Shown piece by piece: positions 11,001 through 26,000 of a DNA stretch of 64,000 nucleotides. The number at the start of each line of letters is the position of its first letter. The stretch's first letter is position 1. The notes under the pieces are model-generated. The model ran no database searches and was not told where the DNA came from. It saw only the letters and a list, made by a program, of their open reading frames with translations. Where the stretch lies: contig NMRA01000111.1 of the NCBI GenBank assembly GCA_002633005.1, forward strand, positions 52,360 through 116,359, given 5' to 3'. Made by a program: the position numbers and the translations under genes. Source of the stretch: Phoronis australis (taxonomy: Eukaryota > Animalia > Phoronida).

Positions 11001-14000
11001 TCTCCAATTTCTGCTGTTTGTCAATCTTCCGGAAGTAAAAATATAGCCTGCAAAATGTTATCTTCAAAGTCTGTTCTCATTTGAGGTTTTCCTGTTTATA
11101 CAAGGTGCCCTCGACCAATTGTATTTGCAGGGTGGGCGGACGTAATGTGACTGGGTATGCCCGTAGTGAGGCCGAGGTTGACCAGATCATGGAAGGACTT
11201 CATGAGTTGGAGGTACAGTTGATTTAGTACAACAATACAGATAAAGAGATGTGTGACTGGTTCTTTCATCAGTTCACTTTACGTTGACAGTACTTGTAGT
11301 GCATCCCATGGTGACGTGTCGATTTGGTCGACTACGAGAACAGCGCAGTGGTTGGGGGTCTGAATTAGAGTACTATCTTCTTAACTCCAGTTTCAGTCCA
11401 GCTTACTAGAAATGCATTCTATAAGCCAGGCCCTAAGTTCTACCCGCTTTTACGTATAACGTCAAAGCTCAGTCTCGTCCAATTCAATATTTCCTTGTCA
11501 CAAGCAAATTCAAATCATTTGATTTCATGCAACTGAACATGGCAATCTTCAGTTTTGTCATTTATTGTGTTCCATGTTTCCTGCACTATATACGCTAGTG
11601 CCTGTTGCATTGAAACATGTTCGATGAGAAACATTTTGGCTGTGTTTAGTTGGGACTATACTTCCAACTATAGTCACAACAGATCGAAGTGAATACTTGT
11701 AGTCAATCACTGTAGTCGAACCATTGATCTTTGAACCAAGCTATGGTCCAACCACAGGGTTAATGTAGTCACAGGATGAAGTTGTTGCAAGTCAACTGAA
11801 CGGCTTTGTTGATAAATATTCGGTTTCCTAAAGTAATCAACAAATTGTCGCTAAATGTGCAAAATATGCTTTTACTAAAATAGTAGTAGCAATGTAAGTT
11901 GCTTTGCTATTTGGATGTCTCAGATCAACCAAACGGCCTTCAGGTGCTTGTCTCTGTGCTGCTTCAGTACGCAAATCGTTTTACCTGCTGACTGTAGTCA
12001 ACTACAGTTTGTGTAGTGAAAACAGCCATTGTAATAATGAGTTACTCTTCATAGGAGGAGGAGCGAAAGATGCACAGCTATGCGGTGGTGCCACCTATGA
12101 TGCTGGATCCACGTCAGCGCAAATATCGCTTCATTAACACTAATGGGCTGATCGAAGCACCGCACGCAGACTTCAAAGAGAGGCAGAAGATCAACGTCTG
12201 GTCAGAGCTTGAGAAGGAAATCTTCAAAGAGAAGTTCTTACAGCACCCTAAGAACTTCCACTTCATTGCCTCCTACCTGGAGCGAAAGGTACCAACTGGT
12301 GGTTCAACTACTGTTACTGTACTGTCAAGAGCATGTCAAATGTCAAGGATTTTTAATTTTTGACTTGGAAAAATCAATACCTTCCAATCTCTTGTTGTTG
12401 TTGTCTGAGTAATAAAACGCTTATATTTTGTACTAAATGACTTTTCATCAAAACTTGATCATTGATGGCCATATTTGAGATGACTTCCTGCTCCGCAACC
12501 TTGTGTTTCTTGTGCAGTTTCAATGGGAGTCTTGTAAAGCAATACTGACTGGTCACATGGAGTCAGTGATCTCATGGTTGTAGTTCTACATCCCAGTTAC
12601 ACATTTTGGTAATGTTGTCTTTACCCGTACCGAGTGCAGGATGCATCGCTCTCTCCTGGAAAGTCGCTGAATTTGTCGGGAAAAGTCATGGAATCCTGTT
12701 ATCAACAAATATGCATGAACTATGTTTCAGAGTGTATCGGACTGTGTCCAGTACTACTACACGTCCAAGAAGCAGGTCGGATACAAGCAGCTGTTGCGCA
12801 AACAGAGCCAGAAACGTAAGCGACCATTTGCCAAGCAGCAGGTGCGGACTGAGGAGAAAGAATTCAAAGTGGAGGAGTCTCTGGCTGTAGTGGAGGATCC
12901 TGAGTAAGTAGGGTGTGGAACAATGGGGTTGACTGGAATGGGATGGTGTTACAATCATTTGATGGTCTTAGGGCTGCAGTTAGGCTATGGTCTTGTTGTA
13001 CCTTGTGTGTATGTTAGGGTCTTCTGTGGCTGCTGGCTGTGGTGAGGATTCATAATGAGTAAAGGATGGGCCAACGGGACTGGCTGGACTTAATGGTTGT
13101 AGAATTATGGTTGTAGAATTAGTGTGCTACAGATAGTCTATGTATGGGTAGTCTGTTCATGACTGTGCAAAAACAATCCATTGCTTGGACCTGGAAAAAC
13201 TGAGGCCAATCCCGTGAGTTGTTATGGATCTGGTATGTTTTCTGAGCCTAACCTTTGGATTTTAATGTGCAGGTGCATAGTTTTTAGTCCCTCCTTCTAG
13301 TATTTGATTAAAAAATTTGAATCATATCTTCTTGTGTATCTTTGTAACAGCATAAAAACGGAAGAAGAAATGTTGGACAAAGAGGTTTCCATGGTTACAA
13401 AGTCAAATGAAGGTGATGAGAAAGAGGCAAAGGAAATTGATGAAGGTTGCCCTGGTGACAGTAGCAGCGCAGGTGGTGTGCACGAATGCGCCATCTGCAA
13501 GAACCGGTTAGAGAACAACGAGATGAGCCGCCCACTTAACAAGTCCAACTGTGACCAGTATGGGCTACAGGAGAGTGAGCTGACCCCTGACATGAGAGTG
13601 TGTAGTAGCTGTAGGTGTCGGTCGGTGAGGCGTCGGTATACACAGGTGAGTGGTATGGGAGGGCAGGGCAGTTAGGGTCGACTTAGGGAGAGGGAGGGGA
13701 AGGATGGGTTGGGGGAAGGCTGAGAGAAAGTGCCTTAGAAAGGAAGGGTGATGCTGTTTACACCTGAGTGCTTATTTACTCAAAACTATTTCTGTCACAG
13801 ATACGAATACACCCCTAGCAAACTACACTTATTATTTACTCCATCTTCAAAGGTGATATACTTGGCATATATGTCAAAAATGCTGGTACAAAATAAATTC
13901 AGAATTTGTAATCTCATATCGTCAGGGAAAAGCGTCACTTACCCTTTAAGCATCCGAGAGCATCTTCTGTTATTATATCTTCTGTGAAAGTGTCTTGTAT

Positions 14001-17000
14001 TGAAATGGTGCTTTTGTATTCCACGGTGTCACTAGAGGGAGTGACTTACGGGGGAGAGAAAGGGAAGGCATGACTTTGGGAAGTGACTTAGCCAAAGGAA
14101 AAGAAGGAAGGGGTAAATTTGAGAGGGAAAGTAAGGGAAGTGACTTGGGAGAAAGAGGAAAGGGTTTAACTTTGAGAGAGACAAACTGGGATTAACAACC
14201 AAGAGGGTTAGCTTTGACAGGGAAAGAAAGGGAGGGGGTGACTTAGCCAAGAGAGGGAGGGAGTGAGGGAACTAAGAGAAGCATTAGATGTTAGGAGAGA
14301 ATGAGTTGATCTCGTATCATTACATGCTGCATCTAAGTGTTTGTGTGGCCTCACTGCACATAAGTATGACTAATTGTATCATATTTTTGTGTTAATAGAG
14401 AGTCCGTGCGTGATTCATGTTCCTAAAGTTAAGATCAGTTTGATGGTTTTGGAAGTAGTCTATGTTTTGTTTGTGTCGTTAGGTTGTTTGCATGTTTTAA
14501 TACTGAACACTTTGTTAATAAGAAATTATTATTAAATTTTAGTGCCCTGTTCCCACTTGCAAAACCCCTAAACGGAAAATGAAACGACTTCGGCCCATGC
14601 CAGCTAAATGGAATGAATTGTCTGCAGAACTTAAAGACCCCATCATAAAGGATTTGCGTGAGTTTTAAAGTTTTCGTGTTATTTTGGTTCTGTGGGTACT
14701 GAGTTGATTAGCTGTTGGAAAAATTCATCTAATTTATATGGCAGTATTTTGGAGTAGTGAAGGGAGGCAGTACTGACTTTGAACAAATAGATTGTACATG
14801 TTTTTTTGTAGAAAAGATAATGCTTTTAAGCGTATCCTATCTGTCTGTGTTAATGGAAGCTGTAAACTGTGGAAACAAAGTAACTTTAAGTTATGCTGTT
14901 CGTGATTCATAATTTATTGTACAGTTCGATGTATGGATTAAGGAGCTTCATGATTAGTTTGGCGTCACTGTCTTGCAGAGCTTACAGAAGAGGTCACCAA
15001 GTGTTGCTCAGCCTGTTTCAATCGAATTGCCCGTCGCCTAGGCAACAATCCACAGACTGATGAACCCCTGGTGCCGCTGGTTCCTGAGAATGAAGAGAGT
15101 GTGGTAGAAACCTCGCGATGGACAGAGGAGGAGATGGATATAGCGAAGGAAGGTGGGTGTACTTCTAGTGTTAAGAGATGACCTCAGGCGGGTTGGGTCT
15201 TTATGGTGTTAAGTGTTGACTCTCGGCAGGGGGGAGAGGCAGAAGAAGCCTGGATGAGACCAACAACAGCTTTTCAGCAGTTTGTATAAATATGAGGGAT
15301 GTATGTTATGTAATAATGCGGAGAGACAAGATGCAAGTGGTGCATTGAATGGCAAGATATACTAGTACACTTGAGATGTCTTTGCAAGTCCTTAATTTAT
15401 GTTGTGGTGGGTACTCATTTGAAACCTATCGGAATGTGTCTCTTGTTTTTTTATTTCTGTTTAGGATCTTATCTCTAGCCACTTTCAGACTGCTTAAAGT
15501 AGTCTGCCAATGTTGCAAAACTGACTAGTTTCTTCTTTGTTGGAATTGAATTTTTCATATTCCCGCAAGAGTTACGCTGGGTCAGATCTTCTTGGACGTC
15601 AACTCCAGTGGCCTGAATCAAGAATAACATAATTTGAATCTGATCCATCCCCCATGACTGTTCAGGGAAGGATTTTTGTCTTATCCCCACATGATCACCT
15701 CTCTGATTGAGTTGAGTCTATATCCATTGTGACAGCTCTGAGGTAGAAGAGAAACACATATTTGTGTGTCTTTTGTTGTTGTTAGAGGGAATGTTTTCTC
15801 ATTAAAGTCTAGCCATGAAAATGGTTTTAGCGTCTGTTTTACTTTATCTTGTTAGGTCTAAAAACTCATGGTAGAGACTGGGCTGCCATAGCAGCAATGG
15901 TTGGTACTAAAACTGAAGCGCAGTGCAAGAACTTCTACTTCAACTACAAGCGCAAGTTTAACCTGGAGAGTCTGGTGACAGAGTTCAAGAAAACTAAGGT
16001 TAGTTGATGTATTGCGGACAGTCGGATGTAAAACAAGCTGTGCGGTTTTGTTTGGTGTTTGGCAGACAGGAGTACAACGACACATTCATTAACTATTTGC
16101 TAGTTGTAGTTTGACAACCCTAGTGGTGATTGTCACCACTACGACATATTCACCGTCTCAGTGCTACTGTTGTCATTTGGGTTCACGCCCATGTTCAATC
16201 AAACGCCCACCTCCGAAGTATAAGACATTTCGCTTTTCAGCAGCTTTGCTTTGTTGTATTCAGTTAAACACTCACCCCATTGCGTTTTGCTTGATTTCTA
16301 AATTTGAATGGCCTGGATGTTATGCGGTATGTTCAAAAGTGTAGTTGTTGAAAACTTAACTACAATCTTGGTATTGAGAATTGGTAAATGCAAAAATACA
16401 AATACATTATCTGTGTTTTGTGTACTGAGGTTTGAATGTTTATAGAAGTGAAGTCATTTCTGTATACTCGTGTCATTCAGAGCAAAGACAACCGTACAGT
16501 GTCCATGTCAGAGAGTGTGGCCTCTACCCTGACAGCGGGCTCAGACATTGAAGACCTGGACTCCTCTAGTGATGATGATAATGGTGAGGACAATGACGAC
16601 AGCTCAGATACCAACAGTGCTTCAGAATCAATGCAACTGACCAGCCAGGGGTTGGGCGAAGAGAAAGGTAACGAATGTATGTGTGGCAAAGGTTAAATGA
16701 CGAACCTGCCATGTTCATTAACAATAAGTAAAATGTGTCACGATAAATAAGTGACTGTGATATACGCTCGGGTCTGTTATTAGCTGTTATTTGTTCCCTG
16801 GAGGCGGACACGTACTACAAATAATCTTACCAACCTGCATCCTTGGCAACACTGGAATTCTGGCTCGTAAAGTAGTAGTTCAAATTATGGGCACTTCCAG
16901 ATCCGGAATTAAAAATTTTTCGCTGAAGTATTCAATAATGGATAAAATTGGTGTTGACATTATTTACTTAATATCCAAAGTTTGTGGTTAAAATAACTTT

Positions 17001-20000
17001 ACTGTTATAATTAGTTGCGAAAGAAGACATGCATTGTGTTAGTCAATACTGAGGTCTCTGTTGCAGACTTATGTTGCCATGAAGAATCTTTTCTAGACTG
17101 GCAGAGAACTGGTTACAACCAGTGTTCACTCATGCCACTTATTTACTTGGTGGTCTGAATGCTTACTCAATTTAAACTTGAATCAATTTCCTGTTAAAAT
17201 ATATCTTGAAGTTGTAATGATTCAGCAAGAGTTGTTTATCTCTGTCTACTACCAGCTGTAACGGTGTTTCTTATTTCCTGCCAGACACTAAAGAGGGCAT
17301 TGCCCAGCTGGCCCAACCAGCTGTTTCAGAAGCTGATTCCCAGGGATCAGTGCCAGTGCCACCTGGTGATGTGATTGTGAAGCAGGAGCCAACAGAGATG
17401 GAGTGTGATATTGATGACACGAAGCCGCTTAACTCATCCCTGATTAGTGTGCGAAGTGTGGACTACGACAGCAGCGCCACAGCAAGTGCAGATGAAGGTA
17501 GGAGATATAAAGGGCTTTTTTTGAATCTAATCAAATAGAAAAGTCTGTTTGCCTCTAGCCCATTTTCACAATGAAATTGCAGTGCGCAAGTGTGCACACT
17601 GAAATTCTGTGTCTAGGCAATCTTTCCAGTGATTCTGGTGACAATGGAAATACCATAAATTTCTTGAAAACGAGTTGACCTTGGTGTGTGTTCAGGATTA
17701 GGGTGTTTTGTACATTCAATAAGTTTGAAAGATTTCTTGTTAAACTGCACCAATCAATTTTCAGGACCAAGTGGCCATGAGAAGGATATCCCGGCACTGC
17801 CCCTTGACTGTGGACCACACCCACCGTCTCAAAGTCATACACCATCAGGCTCCTCAGCTCCTCTGGACTCCAGACCACCTGTATCAGAGACTAAACCACA
17901 TGGTATGTTTCTTCCTGTGTGGGCAATTTCATGTCCTTTTTACAACTTCGTCCAGCTTCACATGTAACTTAAATCAAAGTCCAGTCTGTGATAACTCCCA
18001 AATAACTGAAACCTAAGTCAAGTGCTGCTCACACATCACTTAAGGTTAGCCCTGTGAGTGAAAATTCTCCAAATCCAGGAGGACTCTAGATAAGGGGGAT
18101 AACGACTGAGAACATGTAATAATCTATACCACATACTAAACGATAAACATTGCAATGAATCGATCTGCCTTTCTTGATTTGCCTCAGCTTTGGAACTAAT
18201 TCTATATCAGAGGACCTGGGTCGGAGGTTGTGAGAGAAAATTACAGATGAATTTTACTGAATTAAAGATGTTTTTATTGAAATTGTATGTCTTAATTTTC
18301 ACCAAGTAATAAACATCTATACAATGCGATTTGTTGAACATGTGATTATGGTGCGTCCTCATTTAAGTATTCAATTTTCACGTTAGTTGACGTCTGCTGC
18401 TGAATAGCTTGGTGGTTAAGGCAACGGCTGTCGTTACGTAAAACTTGAGTGAAGCGTGTTCGAATTCGGCCTCAGGTTTCCACCAAAATGTTACTTAACA
18501 GGCGTTGATTAACAACATGGGTTAATCAATGGTTGCAATGGCCATGTCAGGTTGATTATGTGGTTTAAATGTGCTTACAATACTCCACTACTTACGGGTT
18601 GGGGTTTAGCTCCACTAGAAAAGCGTCATATTATGACTGCTGAGGTGGTGAGTTTGAAGCTGTCTTGGGGCTGATCTTAAAATAACCACTTTTCTTAATT
18701 GTCATTCTGATGCCAAGAAAGATTTACCGTTGCACAGATAATTGAAGTACTGTCTGACAAAATTAGACAAGCAGAGCGAAGCTTTTTCTGTGGTTCTCGT
18801 TTGACTCAGCTCATCTTGCTTCCACGATGCATTATACAGTGTTTTAATAGATGCTCCCGATTTGAAATTGCTGTATCTCTTTATTAGTTCCATCCATTTG
18901 AACCATCCTACTTGATAATTTCCAGTGCCCAAGAGCCTTGCTAGTCTGGTGACGGAGAATTCGGGTAAACCAGTGGAAAACCCGTCATCAAAGGGAGCAT
19001 GTGTGCGGGACCTGATTCATTCTGCCATTGAGAAGAACTTAGTTCAGGACAAGACGGCCATGCAGAGACAGGAGCCTCAGAAGCGTTAGTTTCATTTGAC
19101 CTTGTTTCATAAATCATAGTTTATCTTACAGTCAGGTTTTAGATTACCGTGTTTTATAGTTTTTTTCAGATTCACTGCACAGTCTTGAGTGAGACCTAGT
19201 TTTGCAAAAGGATCATTTTCAAATTGAAGATATGAATTTCATTATCGTTTTCGCTTTCATTATGTAGTCACTGTATCTCACTTCGTGGTCTTTTCACACT
19301 TTTGTATTAATATCCAGTCAAGTTATGTCATGTGGTATTTTCAGACAAAAACATAACACTATCTCATATCAAGCATCAAAAGCCACGCCAAGCGATCATT
19401 TCTGTTTCTCAAAAAGGCTCTATTTCTTCGACTTCCCTTTCTTGTAATTTGTCTCATTGCTGAACTACGTCATCAATTTCCATGAGGTTTTCTTTGTCAC
19501 TTGTTGGTGAGGTGACGCGTGGCCATGCCTGTCTTGCCACCTAGTGACAGGTTTGAAGCAATCGTGTACTGCTATGCCCTCTTGCATTTGTTTTTGTATC
19601 TACAAAGTCCCGTGATGGCTGTTTATGAAACTTGGTGGATATGTTTGTATTAAAAAAGAGATGTCACCCGACAATGTTCGCATGGCTCTGTCGCGTTATG
19701 CACTCCTTGGTGGTAGTTTTAGGATTGTCATGACATTCGGTAGGTGTAGTCCTGTTAATGGAAGCACACATGCCGTGACAGGTCTGACTACCCCTTGTTG
19801 ATGGACTTTGACAGATTGGTGTATGGCTAGGATGTGCCAGCACCTGTCAGTTTTCAACTTTGATATTACAGTAGTCAGATTAATCGTATTATAAAGCATA
19901 AAATTAATAAAAAGCCTAGAAGTTTGCTGTTTCTGACTCAGTTTGGGGCATTTTTCAACACGTGCTTTGCTCGACTTGTTCTTTGTGTACTCAGTAAAAT

Positions 20001-23000
20001 TTTAAAGTGGACCTGTCATATTTTTCTATTGTCCAATCAAAGAATGTATGAAAATGTTGTATCTCTTGCAGGTCACATGAGTGTGAGTGGTGACTATGGC
20101 CGGCACCCTGTACCTTCGCAAGACCGTAGACTGTCTGACCCACAAGTTCTGTCTGAACGGAGTGGCCGGGCACCAGTCAGCTACAATCAGATGTTGGCTT
20201 GGGAGGAACGACGCAGCAGTGGGCGCGAGAGTGACCAGCAGACCCGAGACTATGACGAGGTGCCACGTCAACGTGTGCCCGAGTTTGTTGACCGCAATCC
20301 TCACAGTGGCTACAAAGGAGACCCGCGTGACTTTGCTCCTCGAGACCCCAGGTCCAGAGAGATTTATGCTCGACCACCCATGGATATCAGAGCTCCGCCA
20401 CCAGCGCATTCGCATCATCCATATACAAGCATGCTGCAGCAGGAGCACATGCAGAGGATGTCCACCCCGGAGTCGCATGAGCGCCGTGGTTCATCTCCAG
20501 GCAACTATGGTATGAGATTGCCACATCGAGGCCCTCCCTCGCCATATGATGGGCGTAGTCAACCGAGAATTCCGCCACCACCACCTCTTGTGCAGTCAAA
20601 ATCCTCCCCAAAGCCAAAACCAGAGAAGTCCTCACCTCTGAATACTCCCAGTGGCTCTATAACCCAGGGTACACCAGTTGTCCATCCAACTGTCCCCAGT
20701 GGCTCTATTTCCATGGGCACACCAAGGTACGAGAGGGAGGGCATGTTGCATCAAGCCACCCCACCCCACTCCCGCAACAACGAGGGCTCCATCACTCGTG
20801 GCACCCCTGTTAGCCAGGAGTCTGTTCCAAGAAGCATGTCCGAGACCATTCACTCGGCTCCTCGTTTCCCCAGCCCATATGCTGCAGCCATGTATGCAGA
20901 GGGCTTGAGAGTGCCGTACATAATGGATCCAGCACTGCTGGAGATGTATCGCCAGCGAATACCTCCTAATGTGTATACCTCTCTGTATTCATTCATGCCA
21001 TCAGCTGCTGTGACTGCTGCATCAGGAGAGAGTTTCAACAGTAACCAGCTCACCATGGACTTCATGACAGCACAACAGATGCACCGTGGCCCACAAGAGA
21101 AAGATCCTGCCAGAGGATCACCAAGAACTAGTGCTGCCTCAGGAAAACCCTTGACTGGCATGGACCAAGTTCAGCTATCAGCAGCCATGCATGGGTTTAA
21201 CATGCCTTTTGCTCTCCAGAACATGATGTACATACAGAATATGGCCAACCTGGCAGCTGGCAAGTCTGTGTCACCATCTGGGCAGAAAGATCGTTCTTCA
21301 CCACGCGGGGATCTCCAGCGTCTACCTACTGGGTCACACACACCCACCAGCCGAAGTGACCTCACGCGTTACCCCAGTCCAAACAGCCAAGCAAGACAGA
21401 ATGTCATGCAGAGAAGCATCGTGGCTGGTACGGGCAAGCCTACAGCAGCCATTGGCGACAGTTCATCTCCTAGGGGAGGTGATCAAGCATTGCAGGCTCT
21501 GGTGGATGTTGCTTCCAAGGCCCAGTCACTGGTGGTACCACGGGACAGGCACGATAACGGGTCACCTCAGGGTATGCCACGTGATCTGAAGTCACCACGT
21601 CAGACTCCCTGGGAGGTTGAAGATCGACGATGGCGCCTGGAGCAGGACTATCGCCTGATGGTAGAGCAGCGTGCGGAAGCAGAGCGACCACGTAGTGATG
21701 TTGAAAGCTCACACCAGGACCTGGACCGACGTGTCCTCTTGGAGCAGAGTCGCCAGCTGAAGATGGATAAGAATAAACGGCAGAAGGAGATGGAACGTGA
21801 GCGAGACCAGCGTGAGCGAGACCAGCGTGAGCGTGAGCAGCGTGAACGAGAGCAGCGTGAACGCGAGCGCGCACATGATCAGGCTCGCCGCTTTTCATTG
21901 GACGCTCGCTTGATAGAGCCGTCCAGGTCACCATCGGCAGATAGGCCACATAGTGTCAAGAGTAATGAGGGTGACAATGGCAACACTCGCCCAGGCTCTG
22001 GTTACAACCCACTGACTGACCCAGCAGAGGTGAGCCGGCTCATAGCCCAATCTCGTTGTCAGGAAGACCCCACTGTTCACCACAGCAACAGTTGTGCTGC
22101 CTCCCAACTGTTCTCTGTGGCGTTCAAAAAGGATAATGTGGCCAAGAGCAAGACCGCTGGCACAACAAGTGGTGGGGCTGCTGGCAAGCAGCTGACTGCA
22201 GCCAGCCTCATTGATGCTATTATCAAGCATCAGATAAATGTGACAGAGCCAGATGGACAGCCAGACAGTGCCAAACTGTCTGTCAGCACTGCTGACAGCT
22301 CCAAGCATTGCCAGAGTCCAGACACTTCAAACCAGTTTGGAGAACAATCTGGCGTGAGTAAACTTAGAAAGGATTAGGACGTCTTACAGTTTTCATTGAA
22401 TGATTTGTGTATTCATGTGTAATTCAGTGGCAGTTTAATTAGTTTGTTGCCATAACACCTTCCTATCCTTCACCCATAATGACACCTTCCTACCCTTCAC
22501 CCATATCGACACCTTCCTACCCTTCACCCATATCGTCACCTTCCTACCCTTCACCCATATCGACACCCTCCTACCCTTCACCCATATCGACACCCTCCTA
22601 CCCTTCACCCATATCGACACCCTCCTACCCTTCACCCTTGGTAAAACAAGTTTGTGCTGTCTCAAATTATAGAGCATGGACTACATGTAATACCCCGTGT
22701 TTTCAAACTGTCATCTATGTGTAACAAGTGCTTTCTAGCCCCAGAATGCTAGAGTGTCGCAATGCTCAACATTTATTGAATTCGTAGCAGGGTTTGAGTG
22801 TGGACCCGTTGAATTTTTAGCTGTTTATATTGTGTTTTACAAAGCGCACAAAGTGATTTTTCTTCAAAAATGCATCATTTTATACGGACACATGGAAACA
22901 TGAAAATGCCTTGGTTATCGCAATGGGTGTATGCACCATGCACTTAAGGAAACAATGATTTAAAATGATTTAGTGGATGATTTAGTAGTAGATGGATGCA

Positions 23001-26000
23001 CTTAATTCTAATTTACTAGTATTTCATTTTGAAGATTTATTTATAGATTTACAAGGCTCAGAGGCAATATGACGCCGCTTCCTCGACTACCACACAGAGC
23101 ACTGAGCTGAATGAAGCAGGCGATGGTCGAGCTGTTCCCGTAGCGCCACCTGCCATGGGTTTGCACACACCACCAACAACATCAGAAGCTGAAGCTCATA
23201 GTGGTTCTCCATCTTCAAGTAACATTTGTTTTTGTTTGATTTGCAATTCCGTTATTTCCAAATTCTGCCTAATCATCCCGCCTGGAGTACATAATTATGG
23301 GAATTTGCCAATTCGACGTATCCCCGTTCATCTTTCATTGTTAAAATGCAGTAATGACTAGTTATGTAGGAGATCCTGATATTTCTCTGTTCATTTCATA
23401 AACAACCTTCCTAAAAATATTCATGATCTCGATGACATTGGATGCCAGATTGTGACATGTATGTGAGTGTTTTCTGACTTCTTGTGCCATTGTATTGCTC
23501 ACTCTCACATGTTCGTACTACAGATGTAAGTACAGTGTCCACACAGTCCCAGTCAAGCCCTAAGTCCCAGCACAGCATTACCCTTGGGGAGCACATTGAT
23601 AACATCATTATCAAGGACTTCAGACACAGCACAAAGGGACCACGCATTGGACAGAGTATTCTGGAACGGGTCAATCAAGGTAGCACTGCTGTAGAGTATG
23701 ATCCTAGTGAAACTAAAGGCATTGAATATTTTACATTAGTAGCATGACTTTGTAGATTCATTTCATTGCCGCAAGGTTAACCACACAAAATTGCAGTTGT
23801 CTGTTAGCATCCTGCACTGCAAATGCATTAATTCCCCTCTCAACTTGTAACCTTGTGTTTTCTCCAAAAGATGTCTTGGTGGAGTGTTAGCGGCTCAAGT
23901 CTGCTGTGATGAATATTTTATTGTCTAAAAACATGTTATGGGAATTCTTTGTCTGTGTGTGGCGGAGTTTTAATTTGCAAAATCTCTCAACTGAAACAAA
24001 GATTAAGTCAATTCTTTAACATTATTAGCATGTTTTTACTGTACACAAGTTGAACATTTTAATTATCTGTAGACAGAGTTACCCTTCGTAAAATAAATGA
24101 TTGAAATTTTTTTGCAATTATACTTTTGTACGAAACAAATCGACTATGTTTCTTAAAACCTCAGCTATCTAATGTTTTCTTGAGCCAATTATAAGCAATT
24201 TTTAGAGGTAGTTCTTCCTGCTGTCTGGTGTATCGTCTTGTCTCAAATCTAACGCTCTTCTTCAGATGAGGTGCAGTCATCAGAGCAATCCATGGCTGCC
24301 ATCAAGAGTCTACTGGCCAGTTCTAGTGGTGCCAGTAATTCGCCCTCACCGTCGCCATCTGAGAGCTCCAGCATCCCAATTTCATCATCCCCGAGACCGT
24401 CCCTGCCCAAGGGTAGCCCGGAGGCAGAGTGCAGCCCTAGTCACAGTGGGACCACGCCCCCAGGCAATAAGAGTCCTGGTTCGGGCTACCGGCACTGGAA
24501 GATGAAACGCTTCCCTGCTCAGGTGATTATTGCCTTATGTTTGTCTGTGTCTTGATCTTAAGTACTTGTATTATAGATGGAGTCAGCTGTGTTTAAATAA
24601 AGTTAGGTAACTGCTTTGTACATTAAGAAGACTGGCTGTATGTGTTACCATATGCTCCTTCATTAGACGATCATAACACACTGTCTAAATCGGCTTCATT
24701 CTGTATTTTTCTGAAATGGTACTCATTAGTTTTACATATCAACAGAATTTTCCTCTCTGAATTTTGTTAGTGCCTGGTAGGTGAACTGGACAAAATGAAC
24801 CTTCTTTGTTGTTCCAAATTAAAAACCAGGTAGAGAACAAGTGTGGTAAATGAGTGCGTTGCAACAGACAGCACTACATCAGTTGTGTTTGCTAGAACAG
24901 CTGTTCCTAAATATCTGTTAATATTTCTGTTCATTTGTTTTTAATACTTCTTAAGTCTCATGTTTTGTTTGCAGGAGAAAGAGTTTGCCGAGAGTTCCTC
25001 TCCCCAAGCATCCAGCTCTGGTCTACCAAATGAGAGACAGATTATTAAGTTACCGAGATCAGATATGCCCAGGAGCACAACAGATGACAGTTCAGCGTCA
25101 CTGGCCACGTCCTCTGAGCGTAGGTCACCGCACATAGGGGGCTACAGGGTGGAACCCATCTCCCCTGCAGGTAAAGTTCTATACAGGAAATTAAAACCTG
25201 CTAACCTATTCTGAGAAACCATAACAATTTGTAGGATTTCTGAAAAATTTATAATTAAGTAGAAAGACGTGGTGTATACTCTTTTGAGCAGCGGATCTAG
25301 GATCTGACGGGTAGAGTGTGTACTCAACCAGCGGCTGTTGTGGCGACGTTTTTTGGTTCAACTTGTGATTCGGAGTATTACCCCGACCCCCAGATCTGCA
25401 ACTACTTTTTGGCCATGTGTACTATCTTTGATATTTGGTATTTAATAGATCTAAACATATCAAACATTCATTACTGACGAGGCATGGGTAAAGTGAAATC
25501 ACGTTCATGATTTTGGGTAATACTCTCCCAAGTAGACCCTGTATATCATGGTAATTATACTGTCCTTAAATTCTTTTCATCTCCCTTCTGACATTCATTT
25601 TCACACCTGAACTTTGGATAGGATGTTAGTTATAGTGCATTCCTGTTATCTGTGCATTTGTGATGTAGAATATTTGCATCCGTCCATCTCATCTGTCATG
25701 CATGAGTACTGGGATGCCAATACTTCAGTTTTGTTCTGCTCATTTAGATTTATGGCTGGAACAGAAGTTAAATGTAATACCAACGGTAATTCTCTTTCAT
25801 CCAGGCTCGGACAGTAATGAAGCTGGTTCGTCATCCCGGTCTCCAAGGGCTCAGTCATCGGGTATGGTCAATATGGCCTCATCTAGGAATCCAGGTAAAT
25901 CTTTAGCAATAAGTTCAAATTTTGTGTTAAAAACTACAAGTTGGGCTAGTGGTCTCCATCTGGTATACATAGAGGAAAGATGTCCCTTAAGGTCCAGAAA

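Noticed and set aside
18396-18480. Functional tRNA gene
   Set aside because: A- and B-box-like motifs are present, but no acceptor or anticodon stems can be formed. Better explained as a SINE head.
19991-22308. Multiple 60-160 aa ORFs overlapping the large NCoR exon
   Set aside because: Shadow frames of a GC-richer coding exon with no recognisable domains.
22435-22724. Repetitive ORFs (VSIWVKGRR)n / (TPSYPSPIS)n, the latter superficially like the Pol II CTD
   Set aside because: Translations of an intronic 27-bp minisatellite with no splice or start context.
25287-25404. Small hAT-like MITE (GCGGATCTAGG ... CCCAGATCTGC)
   Set aside because: Termini too degenerate and no convincing TSD.
25474-25500. 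Hammerhead core CTGACGA...GAAA
   Set aside because: The intervening bases cannot form stem II.
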